Assembly (NCBI GenBank): GCA_049320885.1
Contig: JBMORA010000033.1
Location: 23,626-87,625, forward strand
DNA length: 64,000 bases
Direction of reading: 5' to 3'
Source of the DNA: Thermodesulfobacteriota bacterium
Lineage (GTDB): Bacteria > Desulfobacterota > Desulfobacteria > Desulfobacterales > SURF-7
Numbering within the stretch: the stretch's first letter is position 1; each line of letters starts with the position of its first letter. A program made the translations under genes and the position numbers. This document shows, in pieces, positions 27,727-37,836 of this stretch. The notes beneath the pieces are model-generated. The model saw only the letters and a program-made list of their open reading frames with translations, searched no databases and was not told where the DNA came from.

Positions 27727-28170
27727 ATGAGGAGGATGCAAGCGGTGTCCATGTCCGATCTGCGAAAAATCGTCGAACCCTTTGTGCGGAATGTGCTGGG
27801 ATGCGGCTGTCCGGATGCGGTTTTTGACGATATCCGGATGGTCGATCCAAAGGACGGATTGGCGGGAATGCCGATCGATTATCTGCTCCTAATCGGCGGC
27901 CGCCTGCTCATTGTCGTCTGCGCATCCGATCCTGATGCGGATATGGCGGCGCATCTGGCACAACTGGTCCATTCCGGCAGGCAGTTGCGCGACGAGCTTG
28001 GCTTCAATCGCTTCCGGTTGGTGGTGCCGCTTGCCGATATGGAATCAACCCGGAAACTCCGGCAGGCCTTCGCAGCCCTGACCGGATTGGATGATCGCAC
28101 CCACCTGCATGTCCTGGCGCCGTCCATGCTGCCGACAATCCAGTTCCCGTCGCACCCGCTTCAGGGATGA
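27727..28170 (+). CDS. Hypothetical protein
   Basis: High-GC ORF with coding-like composition. GAGGAGG at 27729-27735 favours GTG 27745 or ATG 27751 as the true start. No family recognised. Confidence 0.5.
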   Translation: MRRMQAVSMSDLRKIVEPFVRNVLGCGCPDAVFDDIRMVDPKDGLAGMPIDYLLLIGGRLLIVVCASDPDADMAAHLAQLVHSGRQLRDELGFNRFRLVVPLADMESTRKLRQAFAALTGLDDRTHLHVLAPSMLPTIQFPSHPLQG

Positions 28171-28182
28171 TCCCTGAGCCAG

Positions 28183-28656
28183 TCATTTCAATTTTTTTTC
28201 CATGAAAAGTGCTGTGGGGTCCGGGTTAAATCGATAGGTTCCTATTTCCTTGAAGCCCACGCTTTTATACAACGCTATCGCTCTGTCGAGCTTCCGGAGC
28301 GTGTCCAACCGTACTGCCGTGTAGCCCAGGTCTGTGGCTGTTTCAATAAAACGATCGGTGAGTGCTTTTCCGATTCCCTTACCTTGAAAGGAAGGAAGCA
28401 CATACATGCGTTTCATTTCCGCGATGCCTTCGCCAAGATCGCGCAGCCCAACGCACCCGACAAAATCACCGCCAACGCTGGCCAGCAACAGCGCCCCTCT
28501 TGGCGGTCCGTACATGACCGGCAAAGAATTCAATTCGGCTTCAAACCCCTGGAAGCACAGATCCACTTCGAGGAATTGCTGGTATAACTCAAAGAGCCGC
28601 CTTGCTTCGGCGAACTCTGCTGGTTGCGTTGCGGTGATGATCAGCAATTCCGTCAC
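28183..28656 (-). CDS. GNAT-family N-acetyltransferase
   Basis: RMYVLPSFQGKGIGKALTDRFIE is acetyl-CoA binding motif A (Q/RxxGxG/A). Confidence 0.85.
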   Translation of the reverse strand: MTELLIITATQPAEFAEARRLFELYQQFLEVDLCFQGFEAELNSLPVMYGPPRGALLLASVGGDFVGCVGLRDLGEGIAEMKRMYVLPSFQGKGIGKALTDRFIETATDLGYTAVRLDTLRKLDRAIALYKSVGFKEIGTYRFNPDPTALFMEKKLK

Positions 28657-29483
28657 CGCACGATGAATTCAACCCGGCGGTTCTGGGAGCGCCCGTCGGC
28701 GGTGCCGTTGCCGGCAAAGGGCTTGTCGTAGCCGAACCCCATGGTGATAATCCGGCGGGCGGCGATGCCGTTCCGGATCATGTACTGCCTCACGGCCTGG
28801 GCGCGTTTCCGCGAGAGATTCAGGTTGTAGGTCTGGGAGCCGATGCTGCATGTATGCCCCTGCAACACCACCTGCGCCTCCGGATCGGCCTTCAGGTCCC
28901 GGATGATGTTATCGATGATATAGAAATAAGGCGGCTTGACGATATCCTTGTCAAAATCGAAAATGACGTAGTTCTCCGGCTCCCCGCCGGCCCCGGAACC
29001 ATCCCGGGACATTCCGCCCGGCCCGCCGGTTCCATCTGCCCCGCCAGCTCCGCCCGGACCACCGGATGAACCCCCGGAGCCGCCCCACCGCCCTCCCCGG
29101 CCCTGGCGGCCCGGGCAATCGTCGCATATTTTGGTGAGTTGGAACTTATCGCCCTTAGCCGGCGCATATCCGCAATCTTCGAAACGGAATTGAACTTCGC
29201 CGCCGTCGATCCTCACCAGCCAATGATCCGGGTCCAGTTTGTACATCAGGACCCGCTTGCCTTCTTCCGTTTGCGGACATATCTTGCCGAATTTAATCGG
29301 GTCCTGCACCGTGGCCACATAACTGCCCCCATCGGAAACCAGGGTCAAGGTCTTTGAAACCGGACAGAGCCCCAGATAGTCGTTGAATTCATAGAAATCA
29401 AGGCCGAAGACCGGCTGCGGAAACAGCAGAAAAAAGCCGGCCGCCAGAATCATCGCCATGGAATAAGAACTCTTGCTGCGCAT
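28653..29483 (-). CDS. OmpA-family (peptidoglycan-associated) protein with Gly-rich linker
   Basis: N-terminal signal peptide, a Gly/Ser-rich linker, and a C-terminal OmpA-like domain (LQGHTCSIGSQTYNLNLSRKRAQAV...NRRVEF). Confidence 0.85.
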   Translation of the reverse strand: MRSKSSYSMAMILAAGFFLLFPQPVFGLDFYEFNDYLGLCPVSKTLTLVSDGGSYVATVQDPIKFGKICPQTEEGKRVLMYKLDPDHWLVRIDGGEVQFRFEDCGYAPAKGDKFQLTKICDDCPGRQGRGGRWGGSGGSSGGPGGAGGADGTGGPGGMSRDGSGAGGEPENYVIFDFDKDIVKPPYFYIIDNIIRDLKADPEAQVVLQGHTCSIGSQTYNLNLSRKRAQAVRQYMIRNGIAARRIITMGFGYDKPFAGNGTADGRSQNRRVEFIVR

Positions 29484-29808
29484 GCGTCATGATCCGCTCT
29501 GGAGTGATTATAGTGGACTCTATCCCCGGATTTATCACCGGATGGCATTGCCCGTATTATAGTGTCCCCTTTTTGTTTTTGCAACTCCTTGTTTCAATTT
29601 GCCTTCTGCATGATCTGCGTGAATCGGCGTAATCTGCGGATAGAAAAAATGGGCGGTTGGGCATTCATCGTCCTTAAAATTGTGGGAAGATGCTTTTTAC
29701 TTGTGATGTCCATGTCCCGCAGTACCGCCAAACTTGACAAGGTCCGGGCTTGTCTGTAAATGTTTCCTTACGTTTTGATCCCTTTTTGTAAGTGAACAGG
29801 AAAATGTC

Positions 29809-30876
29809 ATGAGCCGTTTCTGGAGCGAAGTCGTCACCGGCCTGAAACCCTATGTGCCGGGCGAACAACCCAAAATCACCAATCTGATCAAACTCAACAC
29901 CAATGAGAACCCCTATGGGCCTTCTCCGAAAGTGATCGAGGCCTTGAAAGCCGAGGTCGCCGACACCTTGCGGCTGTATCCGGATCCCAATGGCGATTTG
30001 CTGAAACAAGCCGTGGCGGACTATTACGCGCTTCCACCCGGCCAGGTTTTTGTCGGCAACGGGTCCGACGAAGTCCTGGCCCATGCGTTCCAGGCTCTCC
30101 TGAAGCATGAAAACCCCCTGCTGTTTCCGGACATCTCCTATAGTTTCTATCCGGTGTATTGCGGATTATACCGCATCGACTTCGCGACGGTGCCCCTCAC
30201 GGAAACATTTGAGATCGACCTGCGGGATTACCTGCGGCCCAACGGCGGCATCATTTTCCCCAACCCCAATGCACCCACGGGTATCGCCCTGCCCCTCGGC
30301 GCGGTGGAAGAACTCTTGCGCCGCAATACGGAATCCGTTGTCGTGGTTGATGAAGCCTATATCGATTTCGGCGGGGAAACCGCCGCACCGCTGGTGAACC
30401 GCTACCCGAACCTGCTGGTGGTCCAGACATTGTCCAAATCCCGTTCCCTGGCCGGCCTCCGGGTGGGCTTCGCCATGGGCCGGGAAGACCTCATCGAAGG
30501 CCTGGAACGGGTCAAAAACAGCTTCAACTCCTACCCCCTGGACCGGCCGGCCCTGCGGGGAGCGGCGGCGGCCATGGCGGACCGGGCCTATTTCGATGAA
30601 ACCCGGAACCGCATCATCCGCACCCGGGAAAAGCTGGTGGAAAATCTGAAAAACCTGCACTTCCAGATATTGCCGTCCAAGGCCAATTTCATCTTTGTCC
30701 GGCATCCGGAGCGGGATGCGGCGGAAATCAGCCGCCGGCTGCGGGAAAAATCCATTATCGTCCGCCATTTCCGGCAACCGCGCATCGAGCAGTTCCTGCG
30801 CATCACCATCGGCACGGATGGGGAATGCGACCGACTGGTCGAGGCCCTGGAGACCATCCTGGCGGATCGTTGCTGA
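29809..30876 (+). CDS. hisC: Histidinol-phosphate aminotransferase
   Basis: [22 protein letters not shown] and [15 protein letters not shown] (PLP lysine) motifs. Confidence 0.9.
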   Translation: MSRFWSEVVTGLKPYVPGEQPKITNLIKLNTNENPYGPSPKVIEALKAEVADTLRLYPDPNGDLLKQAVADYYALPPGQVFVGNGSDEVLAHAFQALLKHENPLLFPDISYSFYPVYCGLYRIDFATVPLTETFEIDLRDYLRPNGGIIFPNPNAPTGIALPLGAVEELLRRNTESVVVVDEAYIDFGGETAAPLVNRYPNLLVVQTLSKSRSLAGLRVGFAMGREDLIEGLERVKNSFNSYPLDRPALRGAAAAMADRAYFDETRNRIIRTREKLVENLKNLHFQILPSKANFIFVRHPERDAAEISRRLREKSIIVRHFRQPRIEQFLRITIGTDGECDRLVEALETILADRC

Positions 30877-30900
30877 TTGTCCCTGTTACAAGGCCGACGC

Positions 30901-32349
30901 TCACTCCTCCGGTCCTTTCACCCCGGTCTGGATTTTCAGGCCGTACCGCTCGATGCGGGCCAAAAGGGTCGGCCGGGAAAGCCCCAGCATTTTCGCCGCC
31001 TGGGTGCGATTGCCCTCGGTGATCTTCAGGGCCTCCCGGGTGACAATGCCGCCGAAATAATCCATCATGCTGTCGAACAGGTTCTCCTCACCGGAGGAAA
31101 CCAGCAACTCGTGGACCCACTCCCGCAGCCCGGCCTCGAACCCCTCGGCGGAATTGGCCCGGGATGGTTTCCGGGCGCCGTGATATTCATCCATGGTGTG
31201 GAGGATATCCTCCTCGGTGAGCGGAGCCCCCTGGCTGAAGATCAACGCTTTCTGAATGGTGTTGGAAAGCTCCCGGACATTTCCCGGCCAGGCGTGCCGC
31301 CGCAAGGCGTGCAGGGCGGCATCCGACCTGCCGGGATCGGGGATATTCATCTCCCGGCTGTATTTCTGCAAAAAATAATCGATGAGCAGCGGCAGGTCCT
31401 CCGGTCGCTCCCGCAGCGGCGGCAGGTTCAGGCTGACGACTTTCAGGCGGTAATACAGATCTTCCCGGAACCGGCCCTCGGCCACCGCCGCCTCCAGGTC
31501 GCGATTGGTGGCCGCGATGATCCGGACATCCACGGGAATCGGCTGCCGCCCGCCCAGACGTTCGATGCTCCGTTCCTGCAGCAGCCTCAGAATCTTCGCC
31601 TGGATGTTGTACGGCATATCGCCGATCTCATCCAGAAAAACCGTTCCATTGTTGGCCTGCTCGATTTTGCCCACCCGCCGCGTCACGGCGCCCGTAAAGG
31701 CGCCCTTTTCATAACCGAACAATTCGCTCTCCAGCAGCGTGTCCGGAATGGCCACGCAATTGATCACCAGAAACGGCTTGTCGGATCTCAGGCTGTGCTG
31801 ATAAATGGCCCTGGCCACCAGTTCCTTGCCGGTTCCGGACTCGCCACGGATGAGAATCGTGGCGTCGGTGGGCGCGGCCCGGCCGATGGCCTTGTAAACT
31901 TCCTGCATGGGTGCGCTCTGGCCCACAATGGCGTCCTGGGTCATGGATTTGGCGGGGGCGTTCATCGTGACCTGGGAACGCATGAACCGGCCGGCCTGCA
32001 GGGCCTTCCCGATGAGTTCGAGTATTTCCGGGATTTCAAACGGTTTGATCACATAATCAAAGGCCCCCATTTTGGTGGCCTCGATGGCCGTTTCCGTGGT
32101 TCCGTAGGCCGTCATGATGATCACCGGCAATTTGGGATTGATCCGGTGCATGATTTCAAACGCCTCCAGACCGCTCATTCCCGGCATGCGCACGTCCATG
32201 ATCACCAGGTCCGGCCGGTTCTCCTTGACCACGGCGATGCCGGCTTCGCCGGAATTGGCTGTCAACAATATATGCCCCTCGCTTGACAGAATCTTCTGAA
32301 AGCTCTGCCGCAGTTGCGGATCATCGTCGACAATCAGAATTCTAGCCAT
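30901..32349 (-). CDS. Sigma-54-dependent response regulator (NtrC family: receiver, AAA+ and Fis-type HTH domains)
   Basis: Receiver ILIVDDD...LVIMDVRMPGMSG. AAA+ domain with GESGTGKE and the GAFTGA loop. C-terminal NRTQAAKMLGLSRPTLLARI. Confidence 0.9.
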   Translation of the reverse strand: MARILIVDDDPQLRQSFQKILSSEGHILLTANSGEAGIAVVKENRPDLVIMDVRMPGMSGLEAFEIMHRINPKLPVIIMTAYGTTETAIEATKMGAFDYVIKPFEIPEILELIGKALQAGRFMRSQVTMNAPAKSMTQDAIVGQSAPMQEVYKAIGRAAPTDATILIRGESGTGKELVARAIYQHSLRSDKPFLVINCVAIPDTLLESELFGYEKGAFTGAVTRRVGKIEQANNGTVFLDEIGDMPYNIQAKILRLLQERSIERLGGRQPIPVDVRIIAATNRDLEAAVAEGRFREDLYYRLKVVSLNLPPLRERPEDLPLLIDYFLQKYSREMNIPDPGRSDAALHALRRHAWPGNVRELSNTIQKALIFSQGAPLTEEDILHTMDEYHGARKPSRANSAEGFEAGLREWVHELLVSSGEENLFDSMMDYFGGIVTREALKITEGNRTQAAKMLGLSRPTLLARIERYGLKIQTGVKGPEE

Positions 32350-33811
32350 GAATCGCCTCCTTCATCGGCAGGGCGATGACGAAGGTCGCCCCGGCACCTT
32401 CTCCGGGCCGGACATCGATCTCACCACCGTGCTCTTCAATGATGCGTTTTGCTATACTGAGCCCCAACCCGGAACCTTCTTCCTTGGAGCTGAAAAACGG
32501 CTGAAAAACCTTTTCCTGGAGCGTCTCCGGTATCCCCGGGCCATTGTCGTGAATCTGGATCAGGGCCACCGCCCCAAGGTTTTCCCGCAGCCCGGTCTCC
32601 TCCACGATCTGAATCATGCCACCTTCGCCCATGGCCTCGCAGGCGTTCACCAGCAGGTTCACCAGCACTTCCTTCAGCTGGTCCGTATCGATGGAAATCT
32701 CCGGCAACCGTCCGATCCGCTTCACCTGCACTTCCGTTCGGTAGGAATCGAACCGATGCCGCAGCAACTGCAAGGTCATATCCACCACGTCCGAGGGACT
32801 GGCCGGATGCATTTTCAGCTTCGGCGGCCGGGAATACTCGAGGAAATTCCGTAGAATGGTGTCGATATGGCGGATTTCCTCGGAAATGACATCCAGATCT
32901 TCCTTCTGGGTCGGCGTCAGCCGCAGGCTGCGTTCCAAGGTGAACAGCCTCATCTTGACGGAGGTCAGCGGATTCCGAACGCTGTGGGCCACACCGGCCG
33001 CCAGCTTCCCCACCATGGCCAGTTTTTCCGACTGAATCAGGTGGGTCTGGCTTTCCACGAGCTTGGCCCGGGTCTGCCCGATGTTTTCCACCAGGTGGTC
33101 CAGCCGGTTCTTGACGGCCTTGACTTCGTCCCCCATGGGTTTCCGCCATTCGCCGTTTTCCATGGCCAGTTCGCGGATGGGCGTCAAAATCTGCCGCAAC
33201 AGGACAAGCGTGAGCAAAATACTGATCAAGAGGACGCAGGGAATGGCGGCCCAGGCGAATATCACCATTTTGGAATTGGATTTCCGGAACTGGTTGCGCA
33301 GATCCTCGATCTGGTTTTCATGGGCGGCCTTGAATTTTTCAGCCAGATCGAAAACGGCGAAAAATTGCTCCCGGACCCGCCAGTGACGGTTTTCCCCCTC
33401 CTCGCGCTTGCCGTCCTTGTACAGGGCGACCACCTGGTCCCGCTCGAAGACATATCGGATATATCTGGATTCGATTTCGTTCAGGATTTCCGTGGCCGCC
33501 TCGATGTTGTTGGCCGCCCGGGCGCGGCTCAGCCAGCTTTTGAAATTATTGTGCCGCCCGCCCAGCTGTTCCAGCCATTTGTCATCACGGGTAAGTAAAT
33601 AATAGGTGGCCAGGCCTTTCTGCATGACCAGCTCGGTTTCCATCTTCTGGGCCGCGGTCAAGGATTTCACATCCCGATCCAGCATATCGGCATAGATGCT
33701 CTGGACCCGGTAGGTGTACCAGACCGTTCCCAGGGAACCGAAAAGGTTCAACAACGCCAAGGCCGTGATGAGCAATAGCAGCCGCTGCCGCAAACTGATG
33801 GTTTGAAACAT
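32342..33811 (-). CDS. Sensor histidine kinase (two TM segments, HisKA and HATPase domains), cognate to the NtrC-type regulator
   Basis: H-box LAAGVAHSVRNPL; N and G boxes (NLLVNACEAM, DNGPGIP, GSGLGLSI). 8-nt overlap with the regulator gene. Start chosen at MFQTISL (the longest ORF starts at 33847). Confidence 0.85.
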   Translation of the reverse strand: MFQTISLRQRLLLLITALALLNLFGSLGTVWYTYRVQSIYADMLDRDVKSLTAAQKMETELVMQKGLATYYLLTRDDKWLEQLGGRHNNFKSWLSRARAANNIEAATEILNEIESRYIRYVFERDQVVALYKDGKREEGENRHWRVREQFFAVFDLAEKFKAAHENQIEDLRNQFRKSNSKMVIFAWAAIPCVLLISILLTLVLLRQILTPIRELAMENGEWRKPMGDEVKAVKNRLDHLVENIGQTRAKLVESQTHLIQSEKLAMVGKLAAGVAHSVRNPLTSVKMRLFTLERSLRLTPTQKEDLDVISEEIRHIDTILRNFLEYSRPPKLKMHPASPSDVVDMTLQLLRHRFDSYRTEVQVKRIGRLPEISIDTDQLKEVLVNLLVNACEAMGEGGMIQIVEETGLRENLGAVALIQIHDNGPGIPETLQEKVFQPFFSSKEEGSGLGLSIAKRIIEEHGGEIDVRPGEGAGATFVIALPMKEAIHG

Positions 33812-33924
33812 GTCGCCCTTTCTTTCCTGAATGACCCGCCATCGCATTCATTGGAAATCCGGTGTATGGGGTAGGAAGGTTGCCAAACGGGCCTATTCTA
33901 TTCGCCGTCACCCGCCCTGTCTAC

Positions 33925-33973
33925 TGTAAAAAAATCCGACACTCCAACGGAAGACCTGTAAAAAAACCAAACA
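33925..33973. promoter_or_regulatory. Two candidate enhancer (UAS) sites, TGTAAA-N8-ACA, spaced 32 bp apart
   Basis: TGTAAAAAAATCCGACA (33925-33941) and TGTAAAAAAACCAAACA (33957-33973), about 145 and 113 bp upstream of the -24/-12 element. A third similar site lies at 46356-46372. Confidence 0.4.
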
Positions 33974-34069
33974 CCCGGAGCCGGACAGACCGCCCATTTG
34001 CCACCTGCCGATGAAATAATTTTCCTTTATATCAAAATATTATTTCAAACCCCAGCCGCACCGACTCCC

Positions 34070-34084
34070 TGGCATGCTCATTGC
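34070..34084 (+). promoter_or_regulatory. Sigma-54 (-24/-12) promoter P1
   Basis: TGGCATGCTCATTGC versus consensus TGGCACG-N4-TTGC, with correct GG/GC spacing. An AT-rich IHF-like TATCAAAATATTA lies at about 34029-34041. It sits 120 nt upstream of the ATG at 34205. Confidence 0.65.
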
Positions 34085-34204
34085 CACCATCCATATCGAA
34101 CCCATTGCCGGCCGTGCTATTCTGTATGGCAAGCAAAAGTCGTACAAAACCGGATATGGGAAGAAAGGCCATGAAAAATAAACACTGCGGCAGTTATAAA
34201 GCTC

Positions 34205-34630
34205 ATGACCAGTAGACAGTTTACCATATTGATCGCCGATCGGAACCCCCATGTCCGCGAACTGCTGAAACGGGAGTTGACCGACAGCGGATACCGGATA
34301 CATCTGGCGAAAACCGCCCAGGAGGTCGTGGACGTGGCTTTCCGATCCGAGCCGCCGGATCTGCTGATCCTGGATCCGGATCTGCCGGACAACGGACGTC
34401 TTTCCCCGCTGCGAAAGCTGAAGGAGTGCGCCCCGGCCTTGCCGCTCGTTCTCCACCTCCATAGCCCGGACACCACGGCCGGCCTGGAAGGGCTGCTCGT
34501 CTGCGGCATCATTGAAAAAACCGGGAACAGCATCGAAAACGTGAAAAAGACCGTCGCCGAGCTTTTTAACCGCCGGAATACGTCTGAAAATCCACCAGGG
34601 CACCGCGGCCTTGCGCCGGGTCCGGGATGA
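34205..34630 (+). CDS. Single-domain response-regulator-like protein with atypical acidic pocket
   Basis: FTILIADRNP (D-R instead of D-D/E-D), LLILDPDLPD (phospho-Asp position retained), IIEKTG. No output domain. Confidence 0.7.
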   Translation: MTSRQFTILIADRNPHVRELLKRELTDSGYRIHLAKTAQEVVDVAFRSEPPDLLILDPDLPDNGRLSPLRKLKECAPALPLVLHLHSPDTTAGLEGLLVCGIIEKTGNSIENVKKTVAELFNRRNTSENPPGHRGLAPGPG

Positions 34631-34637
34631 ACCGCCC

Positions 34638-36353
34638 ATGAGTCAACCCATGATCCGTTCGGAAGCCCATTTTTACCAGAACCTGACCCGCAGGATTATT
34701 TCGACCATCCTGATCGTGTCGTTCACCCCCATGATTCTGGCCACCGTAATCCTGCTCTACCAGTTCCGGGAGGCCTATATCGAAAAAACCAACGAACATC
34801 TGGTGGAAGTGGTGATGAAGCACAAGCAGAACATCGACGCCTTTCTGAAGGAGCGCCTGAGCAATCTGCGCTTCCTGTCGGCCAACCGAAGCATAGAGGA
34901 ACTGATCGATGAACCCTTTCTGCAGGAAAAACTGAATCTGCTCAAAAGAGAATACGGCCTTGTTTTCACGGATCTGGGCCTCATCAATGACGAAGGGATT
35001 CAGATGGCCTATGCAGGCCCCTTCAACCTTGCCAATGCCCGTTATTCGGAAGCCGCCTGGTTTCATCAGGCGATCAAGACCAGCTACTATATCAGCGATG
35101 TGTTCCTGGGTCTGCGGGGGCATCCCCATTTCATCATCGCCGTCCGGCATACATACAGGGGACGATATTGGATTCTGCGGGCCACCATCGATTTCGCCGC
35201 CTTCAACTCCCTGGTGGAAAACCTGCGGGTCGGCAAAACCGGCATCGCCTTTTTGATCAACAAGGAGGGCCAGCTCCAGACAAAGCCCTCCTTTGATGTC
35301 TCCCCGGAAAAAATCGACTACCTGCTGAAAATCTCCCAACAGAATGACAGCGAATTTCATGTGTTCCGGGATTCGTACGAAGGCGGCGAGCATGTCTTTG
35401 TGACCGCCTTTCTGAAAAACCATAACTGGCTGCTGATATTTCAGCAGGACACCAATGACGCCCTGGCGGATGTCGATCGTACCGCAAAAATCGCCGCCGT
35501 GATCTTTCTGCTGGGCGCCTGCGCCATCCTGCTTATGGCCTTGATTCTGTCCCGGCGGATCGTGCGCATTATCCGTTCCGCCGACAAGAAAAATGAACTG
35601 ATGCAGCAACAGGTGGTGGAGACCGGCAAACTGGCCTCCCTGGGAGAACTTGCCGCCGGCATCGCCCATGAAATCAACAATCCGGTGGCTATCATGGTGG
35701 AAGAGGCCGGCTGGATCGGCGATCTGCTGGAAGAGGAAGACCTTCGGCAAAGCAGCAACCTGGAGGAATTCCAAAAATCCCTCCGGCAAATCCACACCCA
35801 GGGCAAACGGTGCAAGGACATTACCCATAAACTGCTCAGCTTCGCCCGAAAAACGGACAGCCAGACCAAGGATGTTCAGGTCAACGATCTGATAACGGAA
35901 ATCGTGGCCCTCAGCGCCCAGATGGCCAAATACAACCGGGTGGATATCCGGACCCACCTGCAGAAGGATATCCCGCGCCTGAACATTTCCCCATCGGAAA
36001 TGCAGCAGGTGCTGCTGAACATGATCAACAACTCGCTGTATGCGCTGGAAAAACGCGGAGGCGTCATCGATATAACCAGCAAGCAGTCCCAGGATCAGGT
36101 CTTTATCGATATCGCAGACAACGGTCCGGGAATTCCGGAATCCATTCTGCCACGGATTTTCGATCCTTTTTTTACCACCAAACCGGTGGGCAAGGGAACC
36201 GGTCTGGGTCTGTCCATCTGTTTCGGCATCATACAGAAAATGGGAGGTGATATCACGGTCAACAGTGCGGTGGATATCGGAACACGGTTCCGGATCAAGC
36301 TGCCGCTGAAAGCAGGAACACAGGTTGCAGGAGCTGCCTCCGCGGGCGCCTGA
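34638..36353 (+). CDS. Sensor histidine kinase with extracytoplasmic Cache-like domain (HK1)
   Basis: TM, a roughly 270-aa periplasmic region (GPFNLANARYSEAAWFHQA...[19 protein letters not shown]...GKTGIAFLINKEG), TM. H-box AAGIAHEINNPV; G boxes DNGPGIP and GTGLGLSI. Confidence 0.85.
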   Translation: MSQPMIRSEAHFYQNLTRRIISTILIVSFTPMILATVILLYQFREAYIEKTNEHLVEVVMKHKQNIDAFLKERLSNLRFLSANRSIEELIDEPFLQEKLNLLKREYGLVFTDLGLINDEGIQMAYAGPFNLANARYSEAAWFHQAIKTSYYISDVFLGLRGHPHFIIAVRHTYRGRYWILRATIDFAAFNSLVENLRVGKTGIAFLINKEGQLQTKPSFDVSPEKIDYLLKISQQNDSEFHVFRDSYEGGEHVFVTAFLKNHNWLLIFQQDTNDALADVDRTAKIAAVIFLLGACAILLMALILSRRIVRIIRSADKKNELMQQQVVETGKLASLGELAAGIAHEINNPVAIMVEEAGWIGDLLEEEDLRQSSNLEEFQKSLRQIHTQGKRCKDITHKLLSFARKTDSQTKDVQVNDLITEIVALSAQMAKYNRVDIRTHLQKDIPRLNISPSEMQQVLLNMINNSLYALEKRGGVIDITSKQSQDQVFIDIADNGPGIPESILPRIFDPFFTTKPVGKGTGLGLSICFGIIQKMGGDITVNSAVDIGTRFRIKLPLKAGTQVAGAASAGA

Positions 36354-36441
36354 AGAGAATCGAGTAGAAACAGGCCGGCCCGGCCGGAGGCGGTTTTTGG
36401 AAAGGACGGTTTACAACAACGCATTGAAGGGAGAACAAGGT

Positions 36442-36873
36442 ATGACCATCGCTAATATATTGCTGGTTGACGACGAAGTCCCATTCGTGGAGGCCATTCA
36501 AAAACGTCTCGTCAAGAGGGAACTCCATGTCCTCTCCGCCCATAGCGGCAAGGAAGCCTTGGCATTGCTGGAAAAATCCAAGGACACCGAAGTTGTCATC
36601 CTGGACGTCAAAATGCCGGAAATGGACGGAATCCAAACCCTGACGGAAATCAAAAAACGCCATCCCCTCGTGGAGGTGATCATGCTCACCGGGCATGCCA
36701 CGGTGGAATCCGCCATCGATGGAATGAAGCAGGGCGCCTATGACTACCTGATGAAGCCTTGCGACATGGATATCCTCATCACCAAGGTCAAGGAGGCCGC
36801 GGACAAGAAAAGAAAGCATGAGGATAAAATCGTCGAGGCGCGCATGAAGGAAATCACCCAGCGCATGGCGTAA
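36442..36873 (+). CDS. Single-domain response regulator (receiver only) RR1
   Basis: ILLVDDE...VVILDVKMPEMDG...VIMLTGHA...YDYLMKP. No output domain. Confidence 0.85.
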   Translation: MTIANILLVDDEVPFVEAIQKRLVKRELHVLSAHSGKEALALLEKSKDTEVVILDVKMPEMDGIQTLTEIKKRHPLVEVIMLTGHATVESAIDGMKQGAYDYLMKPCDMDILITKVKEAADKKRKHEDKIVEARMKEITQRMA

Positions 36874-36884
36874 GGACCCGGGGT

Positions 36885-37307
36885 ATGACGGCACAGTCAA
36901 CAACAACACGGAATTCGAGACAAAAGCCCATCAGGCTGCTGTTGGTGGACGATGAAATCGCCTACGCCAACGTGCTGGCCAACCGTCTCGAAAAACGGGG
37001 CTGCCGGGTGGTGAAAAGCTACAGCGGCACCGAAGCCGTCCGTGCTCTTCGCCATCAGGAATTCGATGTGGCGGTTCTGGACTTGAAAATGGAAGACATG
37101 AGCGGCATCGAAGTGCTGAAGATTTTCAAAAAACTGGCGCCCGAAATGGAAGTCATCATGCTCACCGGCCATGGTTCCGAAACAGCGGCCAGGGAAGGCA
37201 TGGAAACCGGCGCTTTTGATTATCTTACCAAGCCATGTGAAATAGACGAATTGCTGCCGAAAATCACGGCGGCCTATCAGGCGAAACAAGGAAGCATGGA
37301 AGGATGA
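36885..37307 (+). CDS. Single-domain response regulator RR2
   Basis: LLLVDDE...VAVLDLKMEDMSG...VIMLTGHG...FDYLTKP. Confidence 0.85.
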   Translation: MTAQSTTTRNSRQKPIRLLLVDDEIAYANVLANRLEKRGCRVVKSYSGTEAVRALRHQEFDVAVLDLKMEDMSGIEVLKIFKKLAPEMEVIMLTGHGSETAAREGMETGAFDYLTKPCEIDELLPKITAAYQAKQGSMEG

Positions 37308-37392
37308 ATCCCCCTTGCCGGGGGACGACGGTCACCCATGGCCGCAACAACGGCAACGGAAGATTCAAAGAACGTGAGGAGAGACGGAAGCA

Positions 37393-37791
37393 ATGGAATC
37401 CATTACGGTGCTGCTGGTGGATGACGAGGAACGTTTTGTCACCTCAAATGCAAAACTGCTGAATAAGTTGGGATTTAGAGTTCTGACCGCCATGAGCGGG
37501 GATGCGGCCATACAAATCCTGGAAAGCAATGACGTGGATGTGGCCGTTGTGGATGTCAAGATGCCGGGCATGGATGGAATCACCCTGCTGACCGTCATGA
37601 AAAAACGATTCCCCTTGGTGGAAGTGGTGATGCTCACCGGGAACGCCACGTTTGAATCCGCTGTTTCCGGTCTGAAAATCGGCGCCAGTGATTATCTCAT
37701 GAAGCCGGCGGATCTGGACGAACTGGTTCTGAAGATACGGGAGGCGAATGAAAAACGCAAAATCCAGCTGGAAAAAACCCGCCCGCGTTAA
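37393..37791 (+). CDS. Single-domain response regulator RR3
   Basis: VLLVDDE...VAVVDVKMPGMDG...VVMLTGNA...SDYLMKP. Confidence 0.85.
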   Translation: MESITVLLVDDEERFVTSNAKLLNKLGFRVLTAMSGDAAIQILESNDVDVAVVDVKMPGMDGITLLTVMKKRFPLVEVVMLTGNATFESAVSGLKIGASDYLMKPADLDELVLKIREANEKRKIQLEKTRPR

Positions 37792-37836
37792 TGGAGACGG
37801 GGACAGCTTCCCCGGGAAAGGGATCGAGGTGCGTAA

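Noticed and set aside
28990-29100. GC-rich Gly-codon repetitive stretch.
   Set aside because: It lies in frame inside the OmpA-family gene and encodes a Gly/Ser linker, so it is not an independent repeat element.
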